64,000 nt of DNA, from positions 736,001 to 800,000 of the forward strand of contig CBDBCZ010000019.1 of NCBI GenBank assembly GCA_965203295.1, in the 5' to 3' direction. Positions 52,067 through 62,033 of this stretch are shown in pieces; within the stretch, counting starts at the first letter, position 1, and every line of letters starts with the position of its first letter. The notes below the pieces were generated by a model. It did not search any database and was not told the origin of the DNA. It saw nothing but the letters and a program-made list of their open reading frames with translations. The DNA is from Nitrospirales bacterium (GTDB lineage Bacteria > Nitrospirota > Nitrospiria > Nitrospirales > UBA8639). The position numbers were made by a program, and so were the translations under genes.

Positions 52067-53059
52067 ATGAGCGACGAGAAGTTTGAACCAAAGACGAATT
52101 GGGATGGCGATTTACTCGGTAAGTCACGTCTTGAAGACTCTTCCCCGCAACAAATGGAATGGACACCCCCTTCGCAGGTCCATTTTCCAGTCCAGGCAAG
52201 TAGGTTTTCGGATGTTGGATTTCCGATTGCTTTATTTGCGTTAACCATGTTTACCACTCTTTGGGCGGGTGCGTACCAAGTGAATACTCACCCAGTCAAA
52301 GGGGCGTGGGATTTCTTGCTTAGCTATCCTGGGGCCCTATACCGAGGATTGCCCTTTGCCGTCACACTGCTAGGGATTTTAGTCACGCATGAATTTGGGC
52401 ATTACCTGCTTTCTCGCATTCATCATGTGCCGGCCTCCTTCCCTTTGTTTATTCCTGGCCCCCCGCAGTTTATCGGGACGTTTGGGGCCATTATTCGATT
52501 GCGTTCTCCTATCATGAGCCGGCGTGCCTTGTTCGATATCGGTGTTGCTGGTCCTATCGCGGGATTTATCGTGGCAGTGTTTGCGCTGATCGTGGGTCTT
52601 TCTCTTTCGCAGGTTGTTCCCAGAGAAGGAGCTTACGGACTCCAACTTGGGGAGCCCCTCCTTCTCAAAGTATTTGCATGGGTCATCCTTGGCCCTATTC
52701 CAGAGACCTATGACATTATTCTTCACCCCATTGGATTTGCTGCATGGTTTGGATTGTTTGTGACCGCTCTGAATCTTCTTCCCATTGGTCAGCTTGATGG
52801 AGGGCATGTTGCTTTTGCGATGTTCGGCTCTTATCAGCGCAGGGTGGCTGTGGCTGTTATCGTTATCCTCCTTGTTTTGGGGTTGTGGGGTTGGCCAGGA
52901 TGGCTCTTGTGGGCTGGTTTAACGGCGTTAATCGGTATCTCCCATCCGCCTGTGATGAACCCTGGAGTTGACTTGGGTCGTGGTCGAATCTGGGTGGGGT
53001 ATGGTGCGATCGCCATATTTTGCCTCACCTTTGCCCCAGTGCCCTTTTATTTGGGGTAA
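52067..53059 (+). CDS. Site-2 protease (M50) family
   Basis: HEFGH, AGPIAG, NLLPIGQLDGGH. Confidence 0.92.
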   Translation: MSDEKFEPKTNWDGDLLGKSRLEDSSPQQMEWTPPSQVHFPVQASRFSDVGFPIALFALTMFTTLWAGAYQVNTHPVKGAWDFLLSYPGALYRGLPFAVTLLGILVTHEFGHYLLSRIHHVPASFPLFIPGPPQFIGTFGAIIRLRSPIMSRRALFDIGVAGPIAGFIVAVFALIVGLSLSQVVPREGAYGLQLGEPLLLKVFAWVILGPIPETYDIILHPIGFAAWFGLFVTALNLLPIGQLDGGHVAFAMFGSYQRRVAVAVIVILLVLGLWGWPGWLLWAGLTALIGISHPPVMNPGVDLGRGRIWVGYGAIAIFCLTFAPVPFYLG

Positions 53060-53087
53060 TCTTCTTTAACCATCATATGTCCCCTAA

Positions 53088-53186
53088 CAGGTTGTTGAAA
53101 AACTCAACATTTCCCAAAATCCTGGTGTGTGGAAGAATGTCCGATCATCATCAAAAGCGCCGCTGGCTGACTTTTTCAACATCCTG
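53088..53186. mobile_element. 99-bp MITE, IS5/IS1182-like terminal inverted repeats, CTAA target duplication
   Basis: CAGGTTGTTGAAAAA ... TTTTTCAACATCCTG (15 bp, 1 mismatch), flanked by CTAA at 53084-53087 and 53187-53190. Confidence 0.8.
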
Positions 53187-53210
53187 CTAATCCCTTGAGT
53201 TAAGGAGAGA

Positions 53211-54584
53211 ATGTCTATGTCTGCATGGGAGGGAGAGTTGAAATCTTACATCAAGTCTATACGCCCAAAATTTGAATCCATGCTTGCTGAATTGGTGGAA
53301 CTTCCTTCTGTCAGTTCTGACCCTTCCTGTACTGCCGACATTCGGTGCACAGCGAACCTTGCAGCCCAATTCTTAAGACACTTGGGTGCGGAAGCATCCG
53401 TCGTCGAAACAGAAGGGTATCCTGCAGTGACAGGTGGATGGAATGTTGGAACAGGACTTCCCTCAGTGACTATTTACAATCATCTCGATGTTCAGCCTGC
53501 CTTAGAGCCTGAATGGCGTCAGTCTCCTTTCATTTTTAAACGAGAAGGGAATCGATATCGAGGACGTGGAACGACTGATGACAAAGGTTCTGCACTGACA
53601 GCTCTCCTTGCTGGTCATTTTGCAGCCCAGAATGGGCTGCCCTTGAACATCCGTTTTTTGTGGGAATTAGAAGAAGAAATCGGCAGCCCTCATTTCAATC
53701 AGGTCTTAAGCAAAACGTGTCAGGTTCCTCGGTCTGATTCTGTGCTAGTCTCCGATACGATTTGGGCGGCACGCAATCGTCCCGCTATTCCTTGTGGCCT
53801 TCGTGGGCTTGTCTCCGCGACCTTGACCCTTCAAACAGGGACGACTGATGTCCATTCAGGTTTGACAGGGGGAGGAGCTCGTAATCCCCTTTCAGAACTG
53901 TGTGAAGTCGTGTATGTTTGTGTCCATGCCAGAACCGGCAAGGTCAAAATTCCAGGATTTTATCATGATGTCGTATCACCTTCTTCTCATGAAATGAAGG
54001 AGTATTTATCTTCTGGTTTTGAGGTGAATCAATTTAAACGAGCCTTTCAATTTCGTTCTCTTCGGACCGAAAAACGGGCTGAATTAATCAGACGAATTTT
54101 GGCAGAGCCGACCTTTGAAGTCCATGGGCTTGTGGGGGGTCATATTGGCTCAGGAGTGAAAACAGTGGTTCCCCCCAGGGGAGAACTCAAAGTCAGTATG
54201 CGACTTGTTCCCAAACAAACACCTGAAAAAATCTTCAGACTTTTTAAGAAGTTTCTCAATGAGCGATTCCCGGATATTCGAGTGGACTGTGATGGCAAGC
54301 TGGAACCATTTCAAGGCGTGACCAAGGGGCCCTATGCGGATGCCATCCGAAGGGCTGTCCAGGTTGGGTTCGGGAAGGAGCCGTCGCTTGTTCGGGAGGG
54401 AGGATCGATTGGAGCGATTTCTTTGTTGCAACGTAAATGGAACGTTCCTATTCTTTTTATGGGATTGAGCCTGCCTGAACATGGATATCATGCGCCCAAT
54501 GAATTTTTTGATTGGGGGCAGGCTTCGGTTGGGATGCGAGCGTTGGCTCATTATTTTTCTGAGCTAAGCCAACTAAGACGATGA
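53211..54584 (+). CDS. M20 family metallopeptidase/dipeptidase
   Basis: YNHLDVQP, GRGTTDDKG, EEEIGS, HAPNE. Confidence 0.9.
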   Translation: MSMSAWEGELKSYIKSIRPKFESMLAELVELPSVSSDPSCTADIRCTANLAAQFLRHLGAEASVVETEGYPAVTGGWNVGTGLPSVTIYNHLDVQPALEPEWRQSPFIFKREGNRYRGRGTTDDKGSALTALLAGHFAAQNGLPLNIRFLWELEEEIGSPHFNQVLSKTCQVPRSDSVLVSDTIWAARNRPAIPCGLRGLVSATLTLQTGTTDVHSGLTGGGARNPLSELCEVVYVCVHARTGKVKIPGFYHDVVSPSSHEMKEYLSSGFEVNQFKRAFQFRSLRTEKRAELIRRILAEPTFEVHGLVGGHIGSGVKTVVPPRGELKVSMRLVPKQTPEKIFRLFKKFLNERFPDIRVDCDGKLEPFQGVTKGPYADAIRRAVQVGFGKEPSLVREGGSIGAISLLQRKWNVPILFMGLSLPEHGYHAPNEFFDWGQASVGMRALAHYFSELSQLRR

Positions 54585-54678
54585 AGGGCTAGCTTGGAAA
54601 GGAATTCAAAAGGATGGCGTGTCGTCATTTGAAATGCATGTCCCACCGTGCCTAGGGGAGTCTCGAAAGCCATCCTGT

Positions 54679-56046
54679 TTATTTTTCTCTCACTAAGATT
54701 CGAATTGGCGCTCCTTCAAACCCAAACATTTTTCGGAGATGGTTTTCGAGATACTTACGGTAGGCTGATTTTACTTCTACAGAACGGCCTACAAAGAGAG
54801 CGAAGGTCGGTGGTCGAGTGGCGACTTGCGTCATAAAGACGGACTTGATCGGGTTCCCTTTCTTCATCGTGAGGGGGTTTTTCGCGATGACCATTTGCAG
54901 AAATTTATTGAGTTGACTGGTGGGGATCCTTTGTGAAAAAGAGATCATGACACGGTCAATTTGCGTAAAGAGTTTCTTGGCGGTTGTTTTTTGTAAGGCA
55001 GAACCAAAAACGGTTGGGACAAACATGAAAAAAGGAAATTGGCGACTCAGCATGTGTGAAAAAATACTCTGTGCGTCCGGCTCATCTTGACGAAGATCCC
55101 ATTTGTTGATGATCATGATGCATCCTCGTCCCTGTTTGGTTATCAAACCCGCAATTTTTGTGTCTTGCTCAGTTATGCCTTCCTCAGCATCAAGCATCAA
55201 AATAGCGATGTCGGACCGTCCTAATGCCCGATGGGTCCGTGCCACGCTATAGCCTTCTACGCCTCGTTCGATTCGACCGCGCCGACGGATTCCTGCCGTA
55301 TCTGTGAACACGTAGTGTTTCCTATTGTAGGGGATGATGGTGTCAATGGGATCCCGTGTCGTTCCAGAAACCTGGCTGACAAGGACGCGATCTTCTCCGA
55401 GTATAGTATTGATCAGTGTAGATTTCCCTGTGTTGGGACGGCCAACCACTGCGATACGAGGATACGAAGTCTCCAATGCCTCTGAATCTTGGACAGGTAG
55501 CAGAGGCAAAAGGGCTTCGAGGAGGTCATCAACGCCTAACCCTTGTTCAGCCGAAATGGGATACAGGTTCTCTTGACTTAGTTGAAAAAAATCTGCCAGA
55601 AGAGGTTCGGATTTAGGAGAATCAATTTTATTAATCGCAAAGAAGATCGGTTTATTCACTCCACGGAGGAGTTGCACAATTTCATGATCCAGAACCGTGA
55701 GTCCTTCTCTTCCATCCATGATGATGAGCAAAATATCGGCTTCTGCGATCGCATTCTTGGATTGATGCTGAATAAGAGCGGTCATTCCTTCAGAGGCTGA
55801 AAGGTCTAACCCACCTGTGTCCATAAGCTGAAACGCGCGACCCTGATACGTGCAATCGGCGAAATTTCGGTCACGCGTCACCCCTGGAAGATCATCCACA
55901 ATGGCCGACCTCGTTCCTAAGATCCTATTGAAAAGGGTTGATTTACCCACATTGGGCCGTCCAATGATGGCGACAATGGGCAAGGAGGGACAAGATGCTT
56001 CTTTGAGGAAGCTTGTCTGATCTGAGAAGGTTTTGCCTTTTTTCAT
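54679..56046 (-). CDS. der: Ribosome biogenesis GTPase Der (EngA)
   Basis: Two G domains (GRPNVGKS/DTGG/NKID and GRPNTGKS/DTAG/NKWD) plus KH-like tail; start moved to ATG 56046. Confidence 0.95.
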   Translation of the reverse strand: MKKGKTFSDQTSFLKEASCPSLPIVAIIGRPNVGKSTLFNRILGTRSAIVDDLPGVTRDRNFADCTYQGRAFQLMDTGGLDLSASEGMTALIQHQSKNAIAEADILLIIMDGREGLTVLDHEIVQLLRGVNKPIFFAINKIDSPKSEPLLADFFQLSQENLYPISAEQGLGVDDLLEALLPLLPVQDSEALETSYPRIAVVGRPNTGKSTLINTILGEDRVLVSQVSGTTRDPIDTIIPYNRKHYVFTDTAGIRRRGRIERGVEGYSVARTHRALGRSDIAILMLDAEEGITEQDTKIAGLITKQGRGCIMIINKWDLRQDEPDAQSIFSHMLSRQFPFFMFVPTVFGSALQKTTAKKLFTQIDRVMISFSQRIPTSQLNKFLQMVIAKNPLTMKKGNPIKSVFMTQVATRPPTFALFVGRSVEVKSAYRKYLENHLRKMFGFEGAPIRILVREK

Positions 56047-56331
56047 GAGCCAAGAAACTGGTGAATATGGACTTATAAAGGAGAGGATGGAAATTCCTGG
56101 AATTGACCCTTTGCTCCGTCTAGTGAGAAAAGAATCTATTATAGGGAGATTGAGTGCAGGAAGAAATGTCACTCTCGCAGGTTGATAAAAAAACGCCTGC
56201 GGCGTTTCCTGCCTTCGTGTCTAGATTCAGGTAGATGGGTCTTTGTGAACAGCCAGCATCATTTGCTTGACCATTTTCAAGAGAGGTCACGTGAGGCTGG
56301 AACAGTGTCGCTGTCGAGAATCAAATGGAGT

Positions 56332-56856
56332 TTAGAGGTGGAGATGCTTCAGAGCTGCAGCACAGAGGATGATGAAGACCCCCATCCAGAGACTGGCTTG
56401 TTGAAAGGGAATAGGTTCAATCGTCTGTTCTTCTTTTTTCTCCTCAGTCTCTTCACCGGTTTGTTCTGTTTTGAAAATAACGGTATACAGGAAAGTCGTG
56501 AGTACCCCTAGGATCAAGGTAAGTTTTATGAAAAAGATTGTGAGGTATTTGACATTGTGTGAGAGGCTGGTTCCCTCAGTCTGCATCAATTGATTGACAT
56601 AATGAAGATTGAACCCCCCAGTGAACAAAATGACCACCAGCAGAATTCCGACCACACGGCGATACTGTTTATAAAACGTATCACATATGGGCTTAATAAA
56701 TTCTTTAGGAACAGCGGTGCGTAACCCAGGAGTGACAGCCAAAACGAGATAGGCCAACCCCCCAATCCAGACGATCGCGGAGAGAAGATGGACCCAATGG
56801 ATAAGTATTGGAATGACCTTGTTCAGGTCAAGAAAGATTTCTTGAAGAGCGCTCAT
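56332..56856 (-). CDS. CopD-like four-helix membrane protein
   Basis: HWVHLLSAIVWIGG motif and four hydrophobic segments; ATG overlaps the upstream TAA (TAATG). Confidence 0.7.
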   Translation of the reverse strand: MSALQEIFLDLNKVIPILIHWVHLLSAIVWIGGLAYLVLAVTPGLRTAVPKEFIKPICDTFYKQYRRVVGILLVVILFTGGFNLHYVNQLMQTEGTSLSHNVKYLTIFFIKLTLILGVLTTFLYTVIFKTEQTGEETEEKKEEQTIEPIPFQQASLWMGVFIILCAAALKHLHL

Positions 56857-58241
56857 TAGAATTTAAACACAGGCTTCTCATTTCCAAAGCGCTTTTTCCT
56901 TAGTTCTTCCATCAATTCTATGGTGACGAGAGAGATGCTATTATTAGCTGCGTGGCGTTCTACCCCTTTCTTGACCATGGCCCGAAGAAAATAGGGAATT
57001 CGATTGAGTCGAGTTTGCGACGCCTCATCCCACACCACAGACACGTTTTCTTGTGAATTGAAGGCGACTTTGACTTTTGGTCCCCCTTTTGGCGTGTAAA
57101 GGCACCATTCGTCCTCATCAAGCCAGTCTCCGTGGTCGACATAGGGGCGGGCCCGACATCCTCCACAGATCTCGCTATATTCACAATCTCCGCATTTGCC
57201 CTTCAAGTGAGGGTATCGGAATGAGTTAAAAGTTGGAGATTGTGCCCAAAGATCGGCAAAACTGGTTTCTCGAATATTGCCCGCAGACAAAGGCATATAA
57301 GGGCAGGGCGTGAGGTCTCCATTTGGGGTAACCCGAGCATAGTTGGTTCCCGCAAGGCACCCTCCACCCATATACCCCTGTGCTTTGGTTATCGGGGAGT
57401 CAGGATCTTTTTCATAAGCCAGCCGTTTGAAATGGGGAGCGCACCTGGCTCTCACAAGCATATTCGGGTATTGATCTTGACAATCGATAAGGAAGGACAG
57501 CACTTCTTCATATTGCTCGGAGGTGATATCGGTGAGTTCTTCACCCCGTCCAGTACAGACCATGAAAAACACGTTTAAGACACGAGCCTCTAAATCATAG
57601 GCCCATTCTATGACAGCGGGAAGTTCTTGATAGTTCATTGGTTGGGCACTGAAGTGAATCTGAAATTGCAAGCCGTTTCGTTTGCACGCTTCAATCCCAG
57701 AAACCGCACCTTCCCAAGCACCCGAAAGCCCGCGAAATTGATTGTGTTTTGTAGGGTCAAGAGAATCAATACTGATTCCAACTCCCATGACGCCGATCTC
57801 TACCAACTCTCGCGCCATTCGGTCGTTGATCAACATCCCGTTGGTGCCAAAAACGACCATGAACCCTTTGCCTACTGAGTGGCGGGCGATTTCAAGAATA
57901 TCTGGTCTCACCAAGGGTTCTCCACCAGTGATGACCAATAAGCAGCCGGAATTGACTTCTGCAATCTGATCAATCAGGCGGAAGCACTCTTCGGTGCTTA
58001 GTTCATCCGAGCCACCACCGGCTTTGGTTGTCGCATCGAGGTAGCAATGGTCACATCGAAGGTTACATCGTTTGGTTAGATTCAAGGCGATCAGGTAAGG
58101 GTTGAAATCGTCAACGGTTCGACCATCGTTTGGCGAAGATTGTAGGGAGGAGGGGTTTGAAAACTGGGTGACCTGTCCTTGAAGAAGGCTCAGTTCATTT
58201 TGAGAGTTTGGAAAATTAACGACCGGGAGGGATTTACCCAT
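56856..58241 (-). CDS. Radical SAM/SPASM protein (AhbC/AhbD/NirJ-like) with C-terminal PCP_red-like domain
   Basis: CNLRCDHC, TGGEPL, RCAPH, GCLAG, PCPY, KCGDCEYSEICGGCRAR, tail WDEASQTRLNRIPYFLRAMVKKGVE. Confidence 0.88.
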   Translation of the reverse strand: MGKSLPVVNFPNSQNELSLLQGQVTQFSNPSSLQSSPNDGRTVDDFNPYLIALNLTKRCNLRCDHCYLDATTKAGGGSDELSTEECFRLIDQIAEVNSGCLLVITGGEPLVRPDILEIARHSVGKGFMVVFGTNGMLINDRMARELVEIGVMGVGISIDSLDPTKHNQFRGLSGAWEGAVSGIEACKRNGLQFQIHFSAQPMNYQELPAVIEWAYDLEARVLNVFFMVCTGRGEELTDITSEQYEEVLSFLIDCQDQYPNMLVRARCAPHFKRLAYEKDPDSPITKAQGYMGGGCLAGTNYARVTPNGDLTPCPYMPLSAGNIRETSFADLWAQSPTFNSFRYPHLKGKCGDCEYSEICGGCRARPYVDHGDWLDEDEWCLYTPKGGPKVKVAFNSQENVSVVWDEASQTRLNRIPYFLRAMVKKGVERHAANNSISLVTIELMEELRKKRFGNEKPVFKF

Positions 58242-60324
58242 TGTGCTCAGCCCCAGACTGAACACCTGGAGTAGTCAGTCGAGCAATGATATCTTTGACG
58301 TTCCCGGTTTTCATGGCCTCTTCCATTGTTTGCTTGGCCTGCTCAATTCCTTCATTGGCCACATCAAGCGTGATGGAAGTTGCGCCGATCTTTTCGGCAT
58401 GCTTGATGATAAGGGCTTTCGTGCAATCTCTCATGAATCCCTCAGGAGCCCGTTCGAGCCGTTTCAGGGCTTCAGGATCCCAGGTGAATGGGGAAGCCTC
58501 AGGACTTTGAGTGCTCCCATTATCGGCGGGACTTTGCTCTTTTTCCTGCGAAGGAGAGGCAGCCGTCTTATTCGAGAAAATCGGGGTATAGTCTTCCTCA
58601 GCAGCTTCTTGAATCATGGGAGCAGCATACTCAAGCGTGATGGTCGTCATCCCCAGCTTACGAGCGGACTTTTCAATTCTGGCCTTGGCCCTTCGCCGTT
58701 GGAATCCGGCAGAGACAGACCGAATGGCTTCTTTGGCATCTTTTGTCCATTGCATCGGAACATCGTCATAGGCCATGTGTGTTTCAAGGTTTCCTTCAGA
58801 TTTGGCAGCTGCATCAAAGATATTTTTATCTACGGGCTTAAAGCCATCTCCTGCTCCTCCGCAAATTGGACATTTTGTAGGCGTGTCCCCTTTACCGATA
58901 TAGCCACAGCCATTACAGACATAGTAAGTTTGAGACATCCGGTCAAGATAGGATTGAGTGCTCGGACTAATCGTTGGACTATCAGAAGCCGGCTTTTCTT
59001 CAACGATTTGATTCATCATCCCACCGAGGGTCGATCCCATTAAGTCGCCTGCCACGGAATCGTCAGCTTGCATTTTATTTCGATCAATACCCGCGGCATC
59101 TAAACTTCCGCCTAGGGCCTTCATGGCATCCATGGCTCCCTTGGGAAGGATATCTCCTACCGCGGCATCCACGACCGAGTTGCTGATAATGGTATGCCCT
59201 TTCTCAATAGCATATCGATGAATGGCTGTTTTGGCTACACCCCTCGCGAAAACTGGGACTTTTTCCATTCGAAGGAGGGCCTCTTCAGTCCAGGCAATGG
59301 TATATTCAGCTTGCGTGTCGATCGGAGGGACAAACTTTTGATTCGAGATTAACACATTGCACGAAGCAGCCCGTAATAAGTTCTCCGCGTTGCTTCCGAT
59401 GTCCATGTCCTCATCGCTATGGACCCCAATCCTTCCAACAATAAGGAGCCACGGTTGTTCCTTACGGACATATTGAAGAACCTTCTCAAACACTTTGCCG
59501 TCTAATAGGGTCGTCCGAATATCACTGCCTTCTTCCTGGGCAACTTCACGGGAAATATTGAGGTGAGACTGATAAATCTTGGCTAGGCCACTGTCGATGA
59601 TTTCCTCATGGAGTTTCTCCTGTTCTTTGAAACGAAATACCTTCCCAGCTTCCTCGTTTAATACCCCAGAAATGCTATGGAAAGCTGCATAGTGGAAATA
59701 TGGATCAAAAGCCGAAATCGCTTCCACCGGTTTATTAAGAATTTTCCCAAGGGCTAGTCCAGTTTTGAGTCCTCCAAAGGAATAAGGACTCCCATCCACG
59801 GCGACAACGATTTTGCCATCATTCATCGGGCGAAGGTCTTTGATGAGCAGCATGTCGGAGTTTCGTACTCGGCGAATCACACGCTCTGTATTACTCCCAA
59901 TGACCGAATCTTTGACTGCGCCAACCCCCAGAGCACCCATAATGGTCAGGTCGTACTCATTCGAATTGATATCTTCAGCCAGAACTTTCCAATTCCGCCC
60001 TTCAAGCGATCGACGTTCTAGAGATAGATTGGCCTCACGACATTTTTGGTCGACATAATCCAGATAGGAATCTGTGATAATTTGCAACCCTCGAGTTATC
60101 AGGGAATCATGAATCTGGCGTTGCCGGTCAAGTTCTTTTTCATCATGATATTCTTCTGGGAGTCCGGCTTCCATTTGTTTGAACCGTTTGTCATGCATTT
60201 TGGCAGCATAGACATGACTTCCGACAATTTTAGAGCCGAATTCCTTGGCCAATTTCACACCCAGATCAACAGCCATATTCGAATGGTCTGAATTGTCGAC
60301 CGGGATGTATATCGTTTTATACAT
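58234..60324 (-). CDS. Multidomain protein: two USP domains, three PCP_red-like domains and a rubredoxin-like domain
   Basis: YKTIYIPVDNS...MGALG...IGSNTERV; KIVVAVDGS...VGRIG...IGSNAENL; CNGC...CPIC; three W(T/D)xxA helical repeats. Confidence 0.85.
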   Translation of the reverse strand: MYKTIYIPVDNSDHSNMAVDLGVKLAKEFGSKIVGSHVYAAKMHDKRFKQMEAGLPEEYHDEKELDRQRQIHDSLITRGLQIITDSYLDYVDQKCREANLSLERRSLEGRNWKVLAEDINSNEYDLTIMGALGVGAVKDSVIGSNTERVIRRVRNSDMLLIKDLRPMNDGKIVVAVDGSPYSFGGLKTGLALGKILNKPVEAISAFDPYFHYAAFHSISGVLNEEAGKVFRFKEQEKLHEEIIDSGLAKIYQSHLNISREVAQEEGSDIRTTLLDGKVFEKVLQYVRKEQPWLLIVGRIGVHSDEDMDIGSNAENLLRAASCNVLISNQKFVPPIDTQAEYTIAWTEEALLRMEKVPVFARGVAKTAIHRYAIEKGHTIISNSVVDAAVGDILPKGAMDAMKALGGSLDAAGIDRNKMQADDSVAGDLMGSTLGGMMNQIVEEKPASDSPTISPSTQSYLDRMSQTYYVCNGCGYIGKGDTPTKCPICGGAGDGFKPVDKNIFDAAAKSEGNLETHMAYDDVPMQWTKDAKEAIRSVSAGFQRRRAKARIEKSARKLGMTTITLEYAAPMIQEAAEEDYTPIFSNKTAASPSQEKEQSPADNGSTQSPEASPFTWDPEALKRLERAPEGFMRDCTKALIIKHAEKIGATSITLDVANEGIEQAKQTMEEAMKTGNVKDIIARLTTPGVQSGAEHNG

Positions 60325-60696
60325 CAGGTGCCTCCTTAGTCACACTTCAGGAATTGGACTCGTGACTAATGGTGAAATCTCTGTAAGGTCCTGAAAAATA
60401 ACCACTTTCTGATAGTCTTTTCTCAAGTCATTCTGGAAAAGATCGTGAGATATTAGCACCGGCTATTCTACTAATGCAACCCGAATTTCCCGATTTATCA
60501 ATTTAATATTCAAATGATTAGGAGTGGAGTTTCATGAGTGGACGAACAAAATAAGGTAAAAAGTTCAGTGGCTAAAAAATTCGAATTTTTCGCATAGGTG
60601 CATAGGTAATGAGAACTGAAATCTGCAATCAAGGTATTCTATGGATTTTTTAATTGACAATACCCCTAGGTCTTTGATTAAGTTGTCAGACAAATC

Positions 60697-60789
60697 TGTA
60701 ACCCCATTTTTCATTTTAGGAAAGGGGTTCCTCCACCGAATTAGACAAATCGAGGTAGGGGGCCTCTTTGTTTTGTGAGGATCTCTACC
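60697..60789 (+). promoter_or_regulatory. Structured metK leader with alternative helices (candidate riboswitch or attenuator)
   Basis: Pairings 60700-05/60724-29, 60721-37/60754-69 and 60754-66/60777-89 (covers the GAGG SD); TTGACA at 60654. Confidence 0.45.
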
Positions 60790-61941
60790 ATGAGTCAAAG
60801 AAATTTCCTTTTTACATCTGAGTCGGTGACAGAAGGGCATCCCGATAAAATCGCTGACCAAATCTCCGACGGGATTTTGGATGCCATTATTGCCCAGGAC
60901 AAATATTGCCGGGTTGCTTGTGAAACGATATTGACCACCGGGTTAGCCTTTGTGGCTGGAGAGATTTCCACCAAGGCTTACGTGGAAATACCAGATATCA
61001 TTCGGGAAACCATTCGAGGAGTGGGTTATACGGATGCGACGTGGGGTTTTGATTACCGAACCTGTTCGGTCCTGACGGCAATTCAAGCGCAATCTGGGGA
61101 TATTGCTATGGGAGTCGATACGGGAGGGGCTGGGGACCAAGGACTCATGTTTGGGTATGCCACCAATGAGACAGCGGAATTAATGCCAATGCCTATTGTC
61201 TTGGCTCACCGGCTTACTCGTCGATTAGCCGAGGTTCGGAAGAAAAAAATCCTCCCATGGGTTCGTCCTGATGGAAAATCCCAAGTGACGGTCGAGTATC
61301 GGAATGGAAAACCTGTTCGGATTAATACGATTGTGCTTTCCACTCAACATAGTGACAATGTGACCTCGAAAAAAATTGAACGGGACTTGATGGAAAAGGT
61401 GATTAAACCGGAAATGCCCAAAAGTATCTTTGACCCTATGACGGTGAAGTATCATATTAATCCCACGGGTCGATTTGTGACGGGAGGACCCATGGGCGAT
61501 ACAGGGTTGACCGGTCGAAAGATTATTGTTGATACCTATGGAGGTGTAGGCAGTCATGGAGGAGGGGCCTTTTCAGGAAAGGATCCCAGTAAGGTCGACC
61601 GATCGGCCTCCTATATGGCCCGATACATCGCGAAAAATCTGATTGCCGCCAAATTAGCGGATAAGTGTGAGGTGCAATTAGCCTATGCAATAGGAGTAAC
61701 AGAACCTGTTTCTATCTTGGTTGATACAAAGGGAACAGAAAAAGTTTCTATTGAAGTGATTGATAAGTTGGTCCGTAAGCATTTCCCCATGACCCCTAGA
61801 GGGATCATAGAGCACCTCAAACTTCGGAGACCAATTTATAAAAAGACTGCGGCCTATGGACATTTTGGCCGTAACGAACCAGAATTTACATGGGAGAAGG
61901 CGGATAAAGCGACCTTACTCAGAAGGGAAGCAAGACTTTAA
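60790..61941 (+). CDS. metK: S-adenosylmethionine synthetase
   Basis: [49 protein letters not shown]. Confidence 0.97.
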   Translation: MSQRNFLFTSESVTEGHPDKIADQISDGILDAIIAQDKYCRVACETILTTGLAFVAGEISTKAYVEIPDIIRETIRGVGYTDATWGFDYRTCSVLTAIQAQSGDIAMGVDTGGAGDQGLMFGYATNETAELMPMPIVLAHRLTRRLAEVRKKKILPWVRPDGKSQVTVEYRNGKPVRINTIVLSTQHSDNVTSKKIERDLMEKVIKPEMPKSIFDPMTVKYHINPTGRFVTGGPMGDTGLTGRKIIVDTYGGVGSHGGGAFSGKDPSKVDRSASYMARYIAKNLIAAKLADKCEVQLAYAIGVTEPVSILVDTKGTEKVSIEVIDKLVRKHFPMTPRGIIEHLKLRRPIYKKTAAYGHFGRNEPEFTWEKADKATLLRREARL

Positions 61942-61965
61942 CATATTGCCAGAGTCGACATGATT

Positions 61966-61997
61966 AGGGGGACAGGTTAAGGCCTGCCCCCTTTTTT
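61966..61997 (+). terminator. Intrinsic terminator-like hairpin between metK and ahcY
   Basis: GGGGG(A)CAGG-loop-CCTGCCCCC followed by TTTTTT. Confidence 0.7.
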
Positions 61998-62033
61998 CTT
62001 CGTAGCAATAGAAGAAGGAGGAAATAAAACATT

